A stretch of DNA of 64,000 nucleotides from Eledone cirrhosa (Eukaryota), in contig CAXHJY010001494.1 in NCBI GenBank assembly GCA_964016885.1, positions 7,611 to 71,610 on the forward strand, in the 5' to 3' direction. A program made the translations under genes and the position numbers. Position 1 is the stretch's first letter, and every line of letters begins with the position of its first letter. This document shows positions 1-13,129 of this stretch, in pieces. The notes under the pieces were generated by a model. That model saw only the letters and a list, made by a program, of their open reading frames with translations. It made no database searches and was not told where the DNA came from.

Positions 1-44
1 AACCGAAACAAATACCAGAAATCAATCTATCAGACGTTCTAACC

Positions 45-1222
45 CAGGGGTTCCAAACCTTTGCGCCATCACCCACTTTCACATTGGAAAAATTTCCACG
101 GCCCACCTGTGTAGTAAATATTCAAAAGTTTGTTACTGTTTCGTTATTTCCAATTAGCCTCCTGTACTTTTCCTATACAGGTTCTTCGCATATTTCCTTT
201 GAAATTTTTTTCAGGTACTATATGTTGAAATGCTTTCCTAACACTCAAAATTATGTATCATCACCAAACTTTCCTATCATCTGCCATTTTCCGTTCAGTT
301 TCTCATCGACCACCCAACAGATTTTTCTTTTTTATGTGGGTTCTTTGCATATCTCCTTTCAATATTATTTTCTTTCTTGGGTAGCATCTGTTGAAATACG
401 TCCTTGATACTGACATTTTTATATCACTCACAAACATTTCCAATCACCCACTATTTTTCTGTTTAGTTGCCCATTGCCCACACAACAATTGAAATTGCCC
501 ACTCAAAGTTGAAATTGCCCACTCAGCAGTTGAAATTGCCCACTCAACAGTTGAAATTTCCTACACAACAGTTGAAGTTGCCCACTCAAAGTTGAAGTTG
601 CCCACTCAACAGTTGAAATTGCCCACTCAACAGTTGAAGTTACCCACTCAAAGTTGAAATTGCCCACTCAGCAGTTGAAGTCACCCACAGAACAGTTAAA
701 ATTGCCTACACAACAGTTGAAGTTGCCCACTCAAAGTTGAATTCGCCCACACAACAGTTGGAGTTGCCCACTCAACAGTTGAAATTGCCCCCTCAACAGT
801 TGAAATTACCCAATCAGCAGTTGAAGTCGCCCACACAACAGTTGAAATTTCCCACGGAACAGTTGAGGTCGCCCACTCTACAGTGGAAATTGCCCACTCA
901 ACAGTTGAAATGCCCACACAACAGTTGAAATTGCCCACACAACAGTTAAAATTGCCCACTCAACAGTTAAAATTGCCCACTCAACAGTTGAAATTGCCCA
1001 CACAACAGTTGAAATTGCCCACTCAACAGTTGAAATTGCCCACACAACAGTTGAAATTGCCCACACAACAGTTGAAATTGCCTACACAACAGTTGAAATT
1101 GCCTATACAACAGTTGAAATTGCCCACACAACAGTTGAAATTGCCCACTCTACAGTTGAGGTCGACCACTCTATAGTTAGTCACCCACCGTTATGCGATA
1201 TCACCCATGTTGAGAAACCCTG
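45..1222. mobile_element. Non-autonomous hAT-type DNA transposon carrying an internal minisatellite
   Basis: Left end CAGGGGTTCCAAAC (45-58); right end reverse-complements to CAGGGTTTCTCAAC (11/14 match). Exact 8-bp TSD TTCTAACC at 37-44 and 1223-1230; 8-bp TSDs and CAG termini are hAT hallmarks. Confidence 0.85.
465..1175. repeat. 21-bp minisatellite (CAGTTGAAATTGCCCACWCAA)n, about 33 units
   Basis: Directly visible tandem units; explains the QQLKLPT and WAISTVV ORFs. Confidence 0.95.
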
Positions 1223-1559
1223 TTCTAACCGAAATGGCAGATGGAAAAAGGAAATTGAAAACAACAAAAAGAAAAAAAGAAGACATGCAAACGAATACCC
1301 AATCGTCGCTACCCCCAATACGAGCCCGGAGAATGTGGAGGGAGCCCTCACTGGCGTGTAGAAACCCTGCTACAAGCTGCCTCTCAGAGGAGAGAAGGAC
1401 AAAATTGAGAAAGAATTAGCCTGGAGGAAAGTGAGGGAGACGCGTTGATATAGCCATTCCAACTGGCAGGGCTCAACTCCTACCAATTACCACCATTATG
1501 GAGTTCTAAGGACTTTGCTGTTTGCACAGTTTTCGCATCATTTCGTCATTTTTAATAAT

Positions 1560-2026
1560 GGTTTGATTAAATCAACCCCAGTGCGGTGTTACTGGTACTT
1601 TATTTTATCGAACTCGTAAGAATGAACGGCAAAGCTACCCTCGGCGAGATTTGAACGCAGATCATAAAGGGCCGTAACTCTAAGCTGCAAAGCATAGAGT
1701 ATCCGACCCTCCACCGATACTGCCAAACCACCGCCCTAAGCTAAATAATAATAATAAGAAGAAGAATTTCTACTTTAGGCATAAGACCAACATTTTGAAG
1801 GGGAGGGGCAAGTTGATTAAATCGACCTCAGTACATTACTGGTACTTTATTTTATCGACTCCGATAGAGAGAATAAGAAAGAGATACAGAGGAAGAATCA
1901 AACCCAGTACATTACTGGTACTTTATTTTATCGACCCCGTAAGGATGGAAGGCAAAGTTAACCTCGGCGGGATTTGAACTGAGAATGTAAAGGAACGTAA
2001 CTATATGCCACAAAGCATATTGGCCG
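1560..2026 (-). mobile_element. Cluster of three tRNA-derived SINE-A copies/fragments
   Basis: Reverse complement of the family consensus TGGCAG..TCGG (A box), GAGTTCAAATCC (B box), CTTTCATCCTTACGGGGTCGATAAAATAAAGTACCAGT at about 1560-1736, 1766-1862 and 1895-2026. Confidence 0.8.
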
Positions 2027-2129
2027 AAAGGAGAGAAGTAAAAGATCGTTATCCTTATCATTCCTCTCAACTTCATCATCACCATTATTATCACCATAAT
2101 CATCAGCTTTAGCATCATTATTATCACCA

Positions 2130-2317
2130 GTGGATTGGCAGAGTCGGTAGAGGGTTGGACGCCATGCTTTGACACATAGAGTTACGGCCCTTGCCATTCT
2201 GAGTTCAAATCCCGCCGAGGTTAACTTTGCCTTTCATCCTTACTGGGTCGATAAAATAAAGTACCAGTAATACACTGGGATAATTGCTGGCCTTGTGCCA
2301 AAAGTAGAAACAATTAT
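2130..2317 (+). mobile_element. tRNA-derived SINE-A, full length
   Basis: A box TGGCAGAGTCGG, B box GAGTTCAAATCC, central GTCGATAAAATAAAGTACCAG, tail GGCCTTGTGCCAAAAGTAGAAAC; about 20 related copies in the window. Confidence 0.85.
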
Positions 2318-2329
2318 CACCAAAACCAT

Positions 2330-2540
2330 GCCATCATTATTATCACCATTATCATCACCATTATCATCATAATCATCATCATCATCATTATCATCATCAT
2401 TATCATCACCATAATCATCATCATAATCATCATCATTATCATCATCATTATCATCACCATTGCCATCATCATCATTATCATTATCATCATTATCATCATC
2501 ATCATTATTATCATCATCATCATAATCATCATCATCATAA
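2330..2540. repeat. (ATC)n-type trinucleotide microsatellite
   Basis: Visible degenerate ATC/ATT repeat. Confidence 0.9.
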
Positions 2541-2644
2541 TGAGGTTTATGAGCCCGTGCATAAAACAACATAATCACCCCAGACTGCCATTAGCCTGGT
2601 TTCTTTTTTCAAAGGTTCGGTTTACCTACGGTTCATATCCTTGT

Positions 2645-2728
2645 CTGTGTGTGTATATATATATATATATATATAATGTGTGTGTGTGTGCGTGTGTGTG
2701 CATATATACATATCTGTATACATACATA

Positions 2729-2779
<51 letters not shown>

Positions 2780-2866
2780 GTATATATATAAGTATATGTA
2801 TACATATATATGGATATGAATATGTATATATGTATGAATGAATATATATATATATATGTATATATG

Positions 2867-2924
<58 letters not shown>

Positions 2925-3115
2925 AATATATGTATATATGAACATATATATATATATATGTATATATGAACATATATATATATATATATGTATATATGAA
3001 CATATATATATATATATATGTATATATGAACATATATAAATATATATATGTATATATGAACATATATATATATGTATATATGAACATATATAAATATATA
3101 TATGTATATATGAAC

Positions 3116-3147
<32 letters not shown>

Positions 3148-3314
3148 GAACATATATATGTATATATATATATATATATGTATATATGAACATATATATA
3201 TATATGTATATATGAATATATATATATATGTATATATGAATATATATATGTATATATGAACATATATAAATATATATATGTATATATGAACATATATATA
3301 TATATATATATATG

Positions 3315-3359
<45 letters not shown>

Positions 3360-3400
3360 TATACATATATGTATATTTACATATATATATATATATATGT
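2645..3400. repeat. (TA)n-derived array with TGTATATATGAACA higher-order unit
   Basis: Directly visible. Confidence 0.9.
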
Positions 3401-3479
3401 ATGCATATTGTTATGCTTTGGGAGGGTCATGTTGCTAAACAAATTCAGAAACGATAAAAAAAAAATATATATATATATA

Positions 3480-3598
3480 TTTCTCCCGAATGAAACAGCT
3501 CCAGTCCAGTAGAACCCATTTCTATATTAAATATGTATACCCTGCTATGTATTGAGTACCTTACTTACTGTGGTTACACCCGATTGAACCCGGGATAA

Positions 3599-3600
<2 letters not shown>
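3480..3600 (+). mobile_element. Penelope-LTR-like short repeat, family F1 (single arm)
   Basis: Homologous to the arms at 12950-13134, 47090-47252 and 48195-48365 (GAATGAAACAG..AGTCC.GTAGAA..GAGTACCTTACTTACTGTGGTTAC). Confidence 0.6.
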
Positions 3601-3655
<55 letters not shown>

Positions 3656-4068
3656 CATGTATATACAAGTCGACAGGCAGAACGAAGGAGAGACAGAAAA
3701 TAAGGATATGGTGTGAGCGAATGTGACAGTAAATATCTTGGACCCTGGCTAAGAAGTAACACCGCTAATTCTTTCCCGGCACCCAGCTCCCGACTCCAAC
3801 CCTAAAACCCTCAGCTACCCAGCTCCCATTAACAGCTACCCATCTCTGTCCCCTAGTCCACACACCCACCCCATCAATATACTAACAGTGTTTTTATAGT
3901 AGATATCTTTTGTCAAATCTTCCATTCAGCCCACCCGCCCACCCCAACATAAGAAAAAATCTGCCAACCCCCACTACACCGCATCCCTACTCTGTTTCCG
4001 CTATTCCTTTCATCTTTTACTCAACGCATCATCTGTAATAAATACATATGTATATATATCATGTTTTA

Positions 4069-4142
<74 letters not shown>

Positions 4143-4408
4143 ATATCCTTTCGCCATTTTTTCCCATATTCCCCCTCCCCAACGTCCATTCATTTCACAC
4201 CCTCACAATAATTTCCCTTACACACACGTACACATGCACACATACACACGCACACACACACATATATATATAAGTAGCTACACCCCACCCTGGTCGTACA
4301 CCCCCGCCACTAACTTCATATTCCTCTATCTTGATCACTAATCTCTACCACGCCTATATGTATTGAGACGTTAAACTGGTCTGATTATATACATTATATA
4401 TATATTAC

Positions 4409-4461
<53 letters not shown>

Positions 4462-4628
4462 GAGTGTTCATAAGTGCAGATATCAATGTATTTCATATTT
4501 GAATATATATATATATGTATATACATATATATATATATATATAAGTATATATATATGTATAATATATACTTACAAATATACATAATTATATTTAATGTCT
4601 TTTCTTGGTCATGTAAATGAATATATGA

Positions 4629-4687
<59 letters not shown>

Positions 4688-4714
4688 TAGATAGATAGAT
4701 AGATATATATACGC

Positions 4715-4747
<33 letters not shown>

Positions 4748-4760
4748 GATATATATACGC

Positions 4761-4826
<66 letters not shown>

Positions 4827-5032
4827 ATATATGTGTGTATATATGTATATATATACATACATACATATATATATGTATCTATGGGTGTGTGTGTGTATAT
4901 GTACTACACACAGTCACAAGCAACCTTTTTACCAGTAACCATCAAATGTACTCTAGATCCTGTCGACCGTACGATGATGGCATTTCGTACTGAAACCTTA
5001 CATAGACGAGTGCATGGTATCACACACACACA

Positions 5033-5077
<45 letters not shown>

Positions 5078-5086
5078 ACACACACA

Positions 5087-5120
<34 letters not shown>

Positions 5121-5729
5121 ATACGCATACAAGCACACACATTTACATTTATACACACAAATTTGTATATATACATACATACACATTGAAAGAGTCTGGG
5201 ATACACACACACACACACGCACACGTACATGCACACGTACACGCACACTGACAAACACAAGCCCATGTACACACATACACATGCAAGCATATAAACACAC
5301 ATGTATACGCACACACACTTATACACACACACACACACAGACTCACAATCACACACTCATATACACAGACATATATACACACACATACTCACACAGACAT
5401 ACACACAAATATACACACACATAAATATACACACACATACACACACACACACACAAATATACACACACATTTGCATACATATTCGCACACAGCCCTATAC
5501 AGTCAAACATTCACTGTTAGCCCTATACTATCCAAGACTCCAGTCAGCCATTTATTTACAGTTTGTGATGTCATTGGAGATGTAGATGGAAAATATTCAA
5601 GAGAATAGCTAGACAATGCAAAACAATCATTTAACGCCATCTTCGGTGGTAGTGTGACCAGTAATTTCGAAAGGAAGGGAAAATCGTTTAAATCGACCCC
5701 CAGTGTCTCACTGGTACTTTATGTTATCC

Positions 5730-5917
5730 TCTTCTTCTTCGCCCATTTATTCCTGAGGGAGGGTCAGAGTCCTGAAACACTCCTTACAGCGAGTCCTGTC
5801 AGAAGCAACCGTTTCCAAGTGATCCGGCTGGATCCCCAAGTTTGACTAACCAAGATCATGGATGTTATTCAACCATCTTGCTCGGGGTCTACTCCTGGGT
5901 TCCCTTCCGGTTGGTTT
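5730..5917 (-). pseudogene. RTE-clade LINE 3' end remnant
   Basis: Minus strand translates KPTGREPRSRPRARWLNNIHDLG*SNLGIQPDHLETVASDR, matching the RTE C-terminal GxRPRGRPxxRW...DR motif; ends in a (GAA)n tail. Confidence 0.7.
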
Positions 5918-6209
5918 TGTATAATATATAGAAATATATATATATATTCTGATGAAATGACAGTTGATAATAACATTGAAATATTGAATGTCTGCATAAC
6001 TAATACTTTGTAGATAGCAGCTGTTTTCAGGTTATGTAACTGTTATAGAAACACGTGTCAATAAATTCCTTTTAACTAAACTATCCATTTAAATCCTTCT
6101 ATTTTTCTCCGGATTACTTTTGGAACTACAACTGGAACCGTCGAGCAAACTCTACGTGAGCTGTCCATCTACTGTGTGTAATATTTATATTACAACACTA
6201 CGGAAAATA

Positions 6210-6279
<70 letters not shown>

Positions 6280-6310
6280 AGACCAGGATATGTGTATAGA
6301 CCAGGATTTT

Positions 6311-6368
6311 TTCATTCTGATGATTAAAAGCAAAATTTTTTGCTTTTAAGAAACCACTGGTAAATGGA
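6311..6368 (+). ncRNA. Minimal type I hammerhead ribozyme motif
   Basis: TTCATT-CTGATGA-TTAAAAGCAAA/TTTGCTTTTAA (stem II)-GAAA-CCACTGG-TA-AATGGA; stem I TTCATT/AATGGA; GUA cleavage triplet. Confidence 0.75.
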
Positions 6369-6394
6369 ATAATTGCCTTATGTTGTTTATTACA

Positions 6395-6485
<91 letters not shown>

Positions 6486-6538
6486 CAGGAAAGAAGAGTG
6501 ACACGGTTTGCTATACAAAAAAGGTTTTTAATCTGATT

Positions 6539-6644
6539 GCTGACAATTGTTTCTCTGAACTGGTAGGTCTAGAGATCGCTACCCGCTTGTTTTCACGTCA
6601 TTCGATCACCAATACATTGTTGTAACCAGTCAATTCATCGGAGC
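6539..6644 (-). ncRNA. Degenerate hammerhead ribozyme motif
   Basis: Minus strand GCT-CCGATGA-long stem II (ACTGGT/ACCAGT)-GAAA-CAATTG (palindrome)-TC-AGC; core U4 changed to C. Confidence 0.55.
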
Positions 6645-6968
6645 TTGTGAGAATGAAAGGAATATACAGGCATGGCTACTATATATAGTAGTAATGGCAA
6701 TAATCTGTTACCCCGTATATATATATATATATGTTAGTATTTCCGAAGAAAAGGCAAATTAAAAGGAGCGCTCTATGTATAAAACAGAGCTATTTAATTA
6801 TATATTGTGTTGTTCACTTTCTAAATAAATAAATTATATATATATATATATATATTTTAATAAATATTTGCTCTACGGTTCTTATATATTTGATATATAT
6901 TTATCCTTATCGAGCCCTCTTTGGATTTTAGTCTTCAAATTTATTATTATTACTATATATATATATAT

Positions 6969-7140
6969 GTTTCTACTTTAGGCACAAGGCCAGCAATTAC
7001 CCAGTACATTACTGGTACTTTATTTTATCGACCCCGTAAGGATGAAAGGCAAAGTTAACCTCGGCGGGATTTGAACTCAGACTGTAAAGGGACGTAACTA
7101 TGCTAGAAAGCATGGCGTCCAACCCTCTACCGATCGGCCA
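6969..7140 (-). mobile_element. SINE-A
   Basis: Near-complete reverse-complement match to the family consensus. Confidence 0.85.
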
Positions 7141-7430
7141 CAGATCACCATGGGTTTTGCGGCGCCTAGAAAGTTCCCTCTCCAAGGCACAAGTCCAAGC
7201 AATATTGGTTTATGGAAGACCAGCAGCCTCCCATACATACCAGACTCCGCCTCTTCATGCCACCGATGTTGTCCAAGGGAAAGGCAATGGACAATACAGC
7301 TTGGCACCAGTGACGTCTCAACTCATACCTACAGCTCAGTAAACTGGAGCAACACGAAATATAAAGTGTCTTGCTCAAGGTCACATAGTATCACCCAGTC
7401 AGAGAATCGAACTAACAAACTCATGATTGC
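7141..7430 (-). mobile_element. CORE-type tRNA-derived SINE-B
   Basis: Minus strand has B box GTTCGATTC followed by GACCTTGAGCAAGACACTTTAT (CORE-like); related to 8710-8905, 21325-21545 and 51400-51530. Confidence 0.65.
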
Positions 7431-7682
7431 GCGCCGAGGTTAACTTTGCCTTTCATCCTTACAGGGTCGATAAAATAAAGTACCAGTAATGTACTGGGAT
7501 AATTGTTGGCCTTGTGCCAAAAATAGAAACAATTATATTATATGCATATAATGGCCATTACCATTCTGAGTTCAAATCCCGCCGAGGTTAAATTTGCCTT
7601 TCATCCTTATGGGGTCGATAAAATAAAGTACCAGTAATGTACTGGGTAATTGCTGGCCTTGTGCCTAAAATAGAAACAATTA
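7431..7682 (+). mobile_element. Two tandem 5'-truncated SINE-A copies
   Basis: Family consensus 3' parts at about 7431-7536 and 7552-7682. Confidence 0.8.
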
Positions 7683-8019
7683 TATATATATATATCGAGA
7701 GAGAGAGATGGATAGATAGAGAGATGGATATATATATATATAGATAGATGGATAGATAGATATAGATACATATATGGATGCCAGTGTCTACAGTAAAGGA
7801 TGATTAAATTCAGGATGTAATCAATCGCTCCTCTCTTCCTCCACCTACTCCTCTCTTCCTATCCCTCCACCTGCCCTCCATCTATGCCCGCTCCTTCTTA
7901 CTCACATCTCCAAAACTTCATCCTTGGTGTTGGTAAACATCTGTACTTATACGCTTAAAAGCAATCAAATGTACATACCTGCGTATTTGTATGTGTATAT
8001 ATGTATATATGTATATATG

Positions 8020-8053
<34 letters not shown>

Positions 8054-8067
8054 TGTATGTATGTATA

Positions 8068-8340
8068 TCAGGTCACCAGTTGGTGCTACTGGTAACATGT
8101 ATCCCAGTACAACCTGTCTCATGGTCGGGTCGTTGGCGACTAAACTGGCAACCCCACCAAGGTTTCTTGGTGAGGAGGGTGACTTTGAACATCCTGCAGG
8201 ACTAAAAACAAAACCTGTCAAAGGGCAAAGGAGCTCTTAAGTGTCAATGGCCATCCAAAATCACCGGGAGAGATGACCCCTTAGCCTTTGTCAAGGCAGA
8301 ATTCTAGGAGAAGGAAAACTCTGATATAACACCTGCAACT
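8068..8340 (+). mobile_element. Probable RTE LINE 5' UTR remnant
   Basis: Contains TCTAGGAGAAGGAAAACTCTGA, a motif I recognise from RTE-clade 5' regions; not verified by search. Confidence 0.4.
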
Positions 8341-8537
8341 CTGATGGTATTCAATGATGTTGACATGTTCTTCTTTTTGATAAATATCATCTTGGTTAAG
8401 AGAGTGGGACTGGCTTTGTGCAGTACCTTTGCTCACTATAAAAGCTTCACGGCACAGGCATTGCTTTATATCTGGAGATCTCTCTGCACTTGTCCTCACA
8501 TGGTACCATGGGCCCAGCATTATGTGTCAATAATTGT

Positions 8538-8675
8538 CACAAGTGTAGTGTTTGTACCAGAGTTTTCAAGTCGCTGGCTGGACTAAAAAGTCACACTCGT
8601 TCAGCGCATCGGTAGGGGTTCTCCTACATGGATATAAAGTAGTGGCCGTACTCGAAAACGAGTTGGCAGCCACCA
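8538..8675 (+). pseudogene. RTE-like LINE 3' end with C-terminal C2H2 zinc finger
   Basis: 8538-8615 encodes HKCSVCTRVFKSLAGLKSHTRSAHR*; short 3' UTR with ACTCG-AAAA-CGAGT hairpin. Confidence 0.65.
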
Positions 8676-8709
8676 TATATGTATGTATGTATATATATAT
8701 ATGTATGTA

Positions 8710-8905
8710 TCGATAGTTGATCAACAAGATCCCAGACCTCATTCGCTTAACGAATAGGGTGGAGCTCATCAAATCGGACCGAGGAAACAATGTTCCCATT
8801 GGCTTTGCTAATTGCTAGTACTATCTATCGGTCGCAACTCCAGGCAGAAGGAGCAACGTGAAATAAAGTGTCTTGCTCAAGGACATAATGCATTGCCCGG
8901 TCTGG
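8710..8905 (-). mobile_element. SINE-B 3' portion
   Basis: Reverse complement of 21400-21545 (GTCCTTGAGCAAGACACTTTATTTCACGTTGCTCC...GGAGTTGCGACCGATAGATAG). Confidence 0.75.
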
Positions 8906-8973
8906 GCGTATCCCATTCTCTAACTACTCTGGTGAGTAATGGTCTAACTGGTTTTTCCCACCTCCAATCTGAT

Positions 8974-9102
<129 letters not shown>

Positions 9103-9233
9103 ATATGACAAAGAAGGTATGGTAAGATTCCAGCTGGACCTTAACGTACTCGATACCAGCAGTATGGCTTAGTTCGAATCTAGCTGTCGAAACGGCCAGA
9201 GCTCAGCCGACGGGATCCTGACTATTTTCCTAT

Positions 9234-9304
<71 letters not shown>

Positions 9305-9345
9305 CGAAACATAAGTCAATTGCATGAACTCATAATCCTTTATTT

Positions 9346-9401
9346 ACTGCTATATATATTTCGATGATAGCCACTGAATGGCCATGACCTCATCAGGCAG
9401 T
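9346..9401 (-). ncRNA. Minimal type I hammerhead ribozyme in a Penelope-like LTR remnant (about 9300-9545)
   Basis: Minus strand ACTGC-CTGATGA-G..GGCCA/TGGCT..C-GAAA-TATATA-TA-GCAGT, followed by AATAAA; palindromic stem III. Confidence 0.75.
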
Positions 9402-9650
9402 TGTCAGTTCTTAGATATGCCAGCTCTGTGTTTATAGTGTTGATGGTATCAGAGCCTTGGGACATATCTCATATGAGGACGTGTGTATCCCACTTTTTAG
9501 ACTAGGTACGCTCAACCTGAATACCATTTGAATGGGTTGACCTCAGGGGGGGGGGGGGGCATCCGGCTACAAAGTATTGCCTCAAACCATCCCTTCCAAC
9601 CCATGCCAACTTGGAAATGTTACAGACATACATACACACACACACACACA

Positions 9651-9694
<44 letters not shown>

Positions 9695-9718
9695 GTGTCT
9701 GAGTGTGTGTATATATTA

Positions 9719-9899
9719 TGGCAGTATCGGTAGAGGGTCGGACACTATGCTTTGACGCATAGAGTTACGCCCCTTGTCATTCTGAGTTCAAATCTCGCCG
9801 AGGTTAACTTCGCCTTTCCTCCTTACGGAGTCGATAAAATAAAGTACCAGTAATACACTGGATAATTGCTGGCCTTGTGCCAAAACTAGAAACAATTAT
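9719..9899 (+). mobile_element. SINE-A
   Basis: A box, B box and family tail present. Confidence 0.85.
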
Positions 9900-9929
9900 G
9901 TATATATATACAGATACATAAAACCAGGC

Positions 9930-10205
9930 ATACTCACACACATACCAACACACTCACACACATACCAACACACTCACACACATACCAACACACTCACACA
10001 CATACCAACACACTCACACACTCACACTCACACTCACACACATACCAACACTCACACACTCACACTCACACACATACCAACACGCTCACACACATACCAA
10101 CACACTCACACACATACCAACACACTCACACACATACCAACACACTCACACACATACCAACACACTCACACACTCACACTCACACACATACCAACACTCA
10201 CACTC
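9930..10205. repeat. 20-bp minisatellite (CACACTCACACACATACCAA)n
   Basis: Directly visible. Confidence 0.9.
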
Positions 10206-10862
10206 GTCGGTTTACAGGACGTTACCTACATAAAATAGAATCTCTTAAACGAAAGCGGAAAGAAATATTTTTTTGAATTATACACACACACATATATATA
10301 TACACATATATATATACACATATATATTTACATATATACACACACATATATCTATGTATATATATATATACCTAGGTATAAATATATATATATATACATA
10401 TATATATATATTATATATATATATGAAGGAAAAAACCTTGTTTCTTATCAATTAGATCGTAAAGAGATTTCGTTATAAAGGGGCGTGTACATTTGGGGCC
10501 AAAGAAGTGCTGCTTAGCTTATTTTTGGTAAGGCTTCTGTCCCGTATCGGTCCCTGTTGGCAGACGATAGATTTTTTACGGGCGTAGGGGTGGGGTGTGA
10601 TGGTCTACTCCACCCACAGCCAGCGTCATTTTTTTTTGGGGGGGGGGGGGGTTGTATCGTTTGTTTGCGCTTTTTTTTGTGTCGTGTATATATATATATA
10701 CATACACACACATATATATTATATATTAAAAAAGGCAAGCACATATATATAAACATACATGTAGATATATATATATATACATATACATATATACATATAC
10801 AGATTTATATGTATATATGCATATATATATATATACATATACAGATTTATATGTATATATGC

Positions 10863-10893
<31 letters not shown>

Positions 10894-10953
10894 TTTATAT
10901 GTATATATGCATATATATATATATATATACATATACAGATTTATATGTATATA

Positions 10954-10995
<42 letters not shown>

Positions 10996-11296
10996 GTGTT
11001 GTAGTTGTGTTCATTTTTGCTTTGATGGTCATCAAAGCAAAAACTTAATGAAGTGTTACGAGAAAGAGTTTCGTTGGGGGTGGAGACACTATGGAGGGGA
11101 GGGGGAGAAGACACTATGGAGGGGAGGGGAGGGGGGGGGGGGGGGTAATGTAGTAAGTGTACAAAAAACAAGAGTGATAGTGTTTGATAATAAAATAAAA
11201 ATCCCAGTCTGATTATACATACATAAATATGTGTAGGTGTATATATATATGTGTGTGTGTGTATATATATATGTGTGTGTGTGTATGTATATACAC

Positions 11297-11329
<33 letters not shown>

Positions 11330-11394
11330 CACACATATATATATTTATATTTGTGTGTGTATATATATATATATGTGTGTGTGTGTATGTATAT

Positions 11395-11441
<47 letters not shown>

Positions 11442-11463
11442 CACACACATATATATTTATATT

Positions 11464-11510
<47 letters not shown>

Positions 11511-11587
11511 ATACATGTGTGTGTAGACATGAAGAGGGGGTGGACTCTGTTAGGTTTTAAAATGCCCCAGAAACGCCGTATGTCAAT

Positions 11588-12080
11588 TAATTTGTCACTG
11601 TGGGGAGACCACAGCTGAGAGCAATAGTCCAGTCGGCTAAGGACGAAAATCCTCCAAAGGACCAACATGGCATCTGGGTCTCTTGTCCTGAATGTCCTCA
11701 GAATCCAACCCCCCAGTTGTCTGCACATTGCCATCATTTTGGTGATGTGTGCATGAAATGATGTAATCATTGCGCATGTCAATACCCAGTTCCTGTATTG
11801 ACTTTGACTCTGGGATTTCGATTCCTCTTGGTCCAGTGTACCTTTGTTGTGGGGGGTCCTATGTTTGTAGTTTGATAGCGGAGGGTTTGAAATTTACCTG
11901 CATTAGATTACATATTGTAATCTTCACGCCATCTGTACACGGTATCTAAATCTTGTAAGAAAGTAGCATCAGCCAGTTTCTTGATTGCCTGTGTTACTTT
12001 CGTGTCATCAGCATAGCTTGTGAGGGAGGTTGCCCCTTATTATAAAGGACATGTCTGAGAGAGCCACCACAAACAATAGT
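11588..12080 (-). pseudogene. CR1-group LINE RT fragment (degenerate)
   Basis: Minus strand SYADDTKV...LQDLDTVYRW...ELGI...WILRTFRTRD...VLSRLDYCSQLWSPH, with stops and frameshifts. Confidence 0.85.
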
Positions 12081-12949
12081 TTCTACCTTTGGCACAAGGA
12101 CAGCGATTACCCCAAAGCATCTCTAGTACTTTATTTTATCGACCAATAGTAACCCAAAGACAGTAAGAATGTATATATATTAGGATTGGTGTTTCAAATA
12201 CCTTAAGGCATTTAAACATTAAATGTGGGTAGAATATACTTTTTATTTTCTTGGTAGAAACCTAACAATGATTTCGAAGTTTCAGCTCGGCTCGCTTCAT
12301 CTTTCAGTAAGATCAACCGAGTCATACTTAAACTTCGAAGTCCCAGACACTTTTCCTACTTAGCAGTCATGAAATTATACCCTCGTTAAAACACAAGAAG
12401 AAGCGTTGCTTGTGCTCTGTATATGGAAATAACACTACCTATGCCATTTTCATTTTGTCATTAGTAGCACATTCCATTTAAATCAGGCTGGGGGGAGAGG
12501 GGCTTCCTTCGGTGAGGGTGGGGGCAGTTGTAATCATCTGGTCTAAACACTACAACATGTGACCCTCTTCTGACCTGTCATATTTCTATTTTTCTTTTCC
12601 CTGTTCTCTTTTTTTATTTTATTTTATTTATTTTGTGTGTGTGTGTGTTATACTGAGGGTGACCTTTTAAATTTTACAGTGATGACATCTATTTGTCATA
12701 TACGTTAATCTGTGGGATCCTGGGTTTGAAATTTACTTCAATATTTAACCCTCCGCCCTCCTCTGCTGCTCTAGACGATGGATTACAAGGCTCGATAGAA
12801 ACAACAACAGAAATGATGACTGCCTTCCGTTTATTTCTGACGTCTCATTTATCCAAAACACCGTATTTCATGGATTTCATTTCATAAATATTTCATACTT
12901 ATTTCAGTGTATATATATATATACACACACACATATATATATATATATA

Positions 12950-13129
12950 AGTTTATCCCGGGTTCATTCGGGGGGGGGGGGGTACCACAGTAAGTAACGT
13001 ACTCAATACAAAGCAGAGTATAACTATTTAATATAGAAAAGGCTTCTACAGGACTAGAACTGTTTTATTCGGTAGAAATCATCATGATTTCTCCCGAATA
13101 AAACATTTCTAGTCCTGTAGAAGCCTTTT

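Noticed and set aside
465-1175. CRISPR-like array or QQLKLPT repeat protein
   Set aside because: Contiguous 21-bp tandem units with no unique spacers, inside a hAT element in eukaryotic DNA.
2130-2215. tRNA genes
   Set aside because: A and B boxes belong to multi-copy SINE heads; no cloverleaf or terminator.
2240-2578. Asp/Asn-rich acidic protein ORF
   Set aside because: (ATC)n microsatellite running into a SINE.
12676-12887. Possible terminal exon after TTTTACAG
   Set aside because: No recognisable protein similarity and no partner exons; insufficient support.
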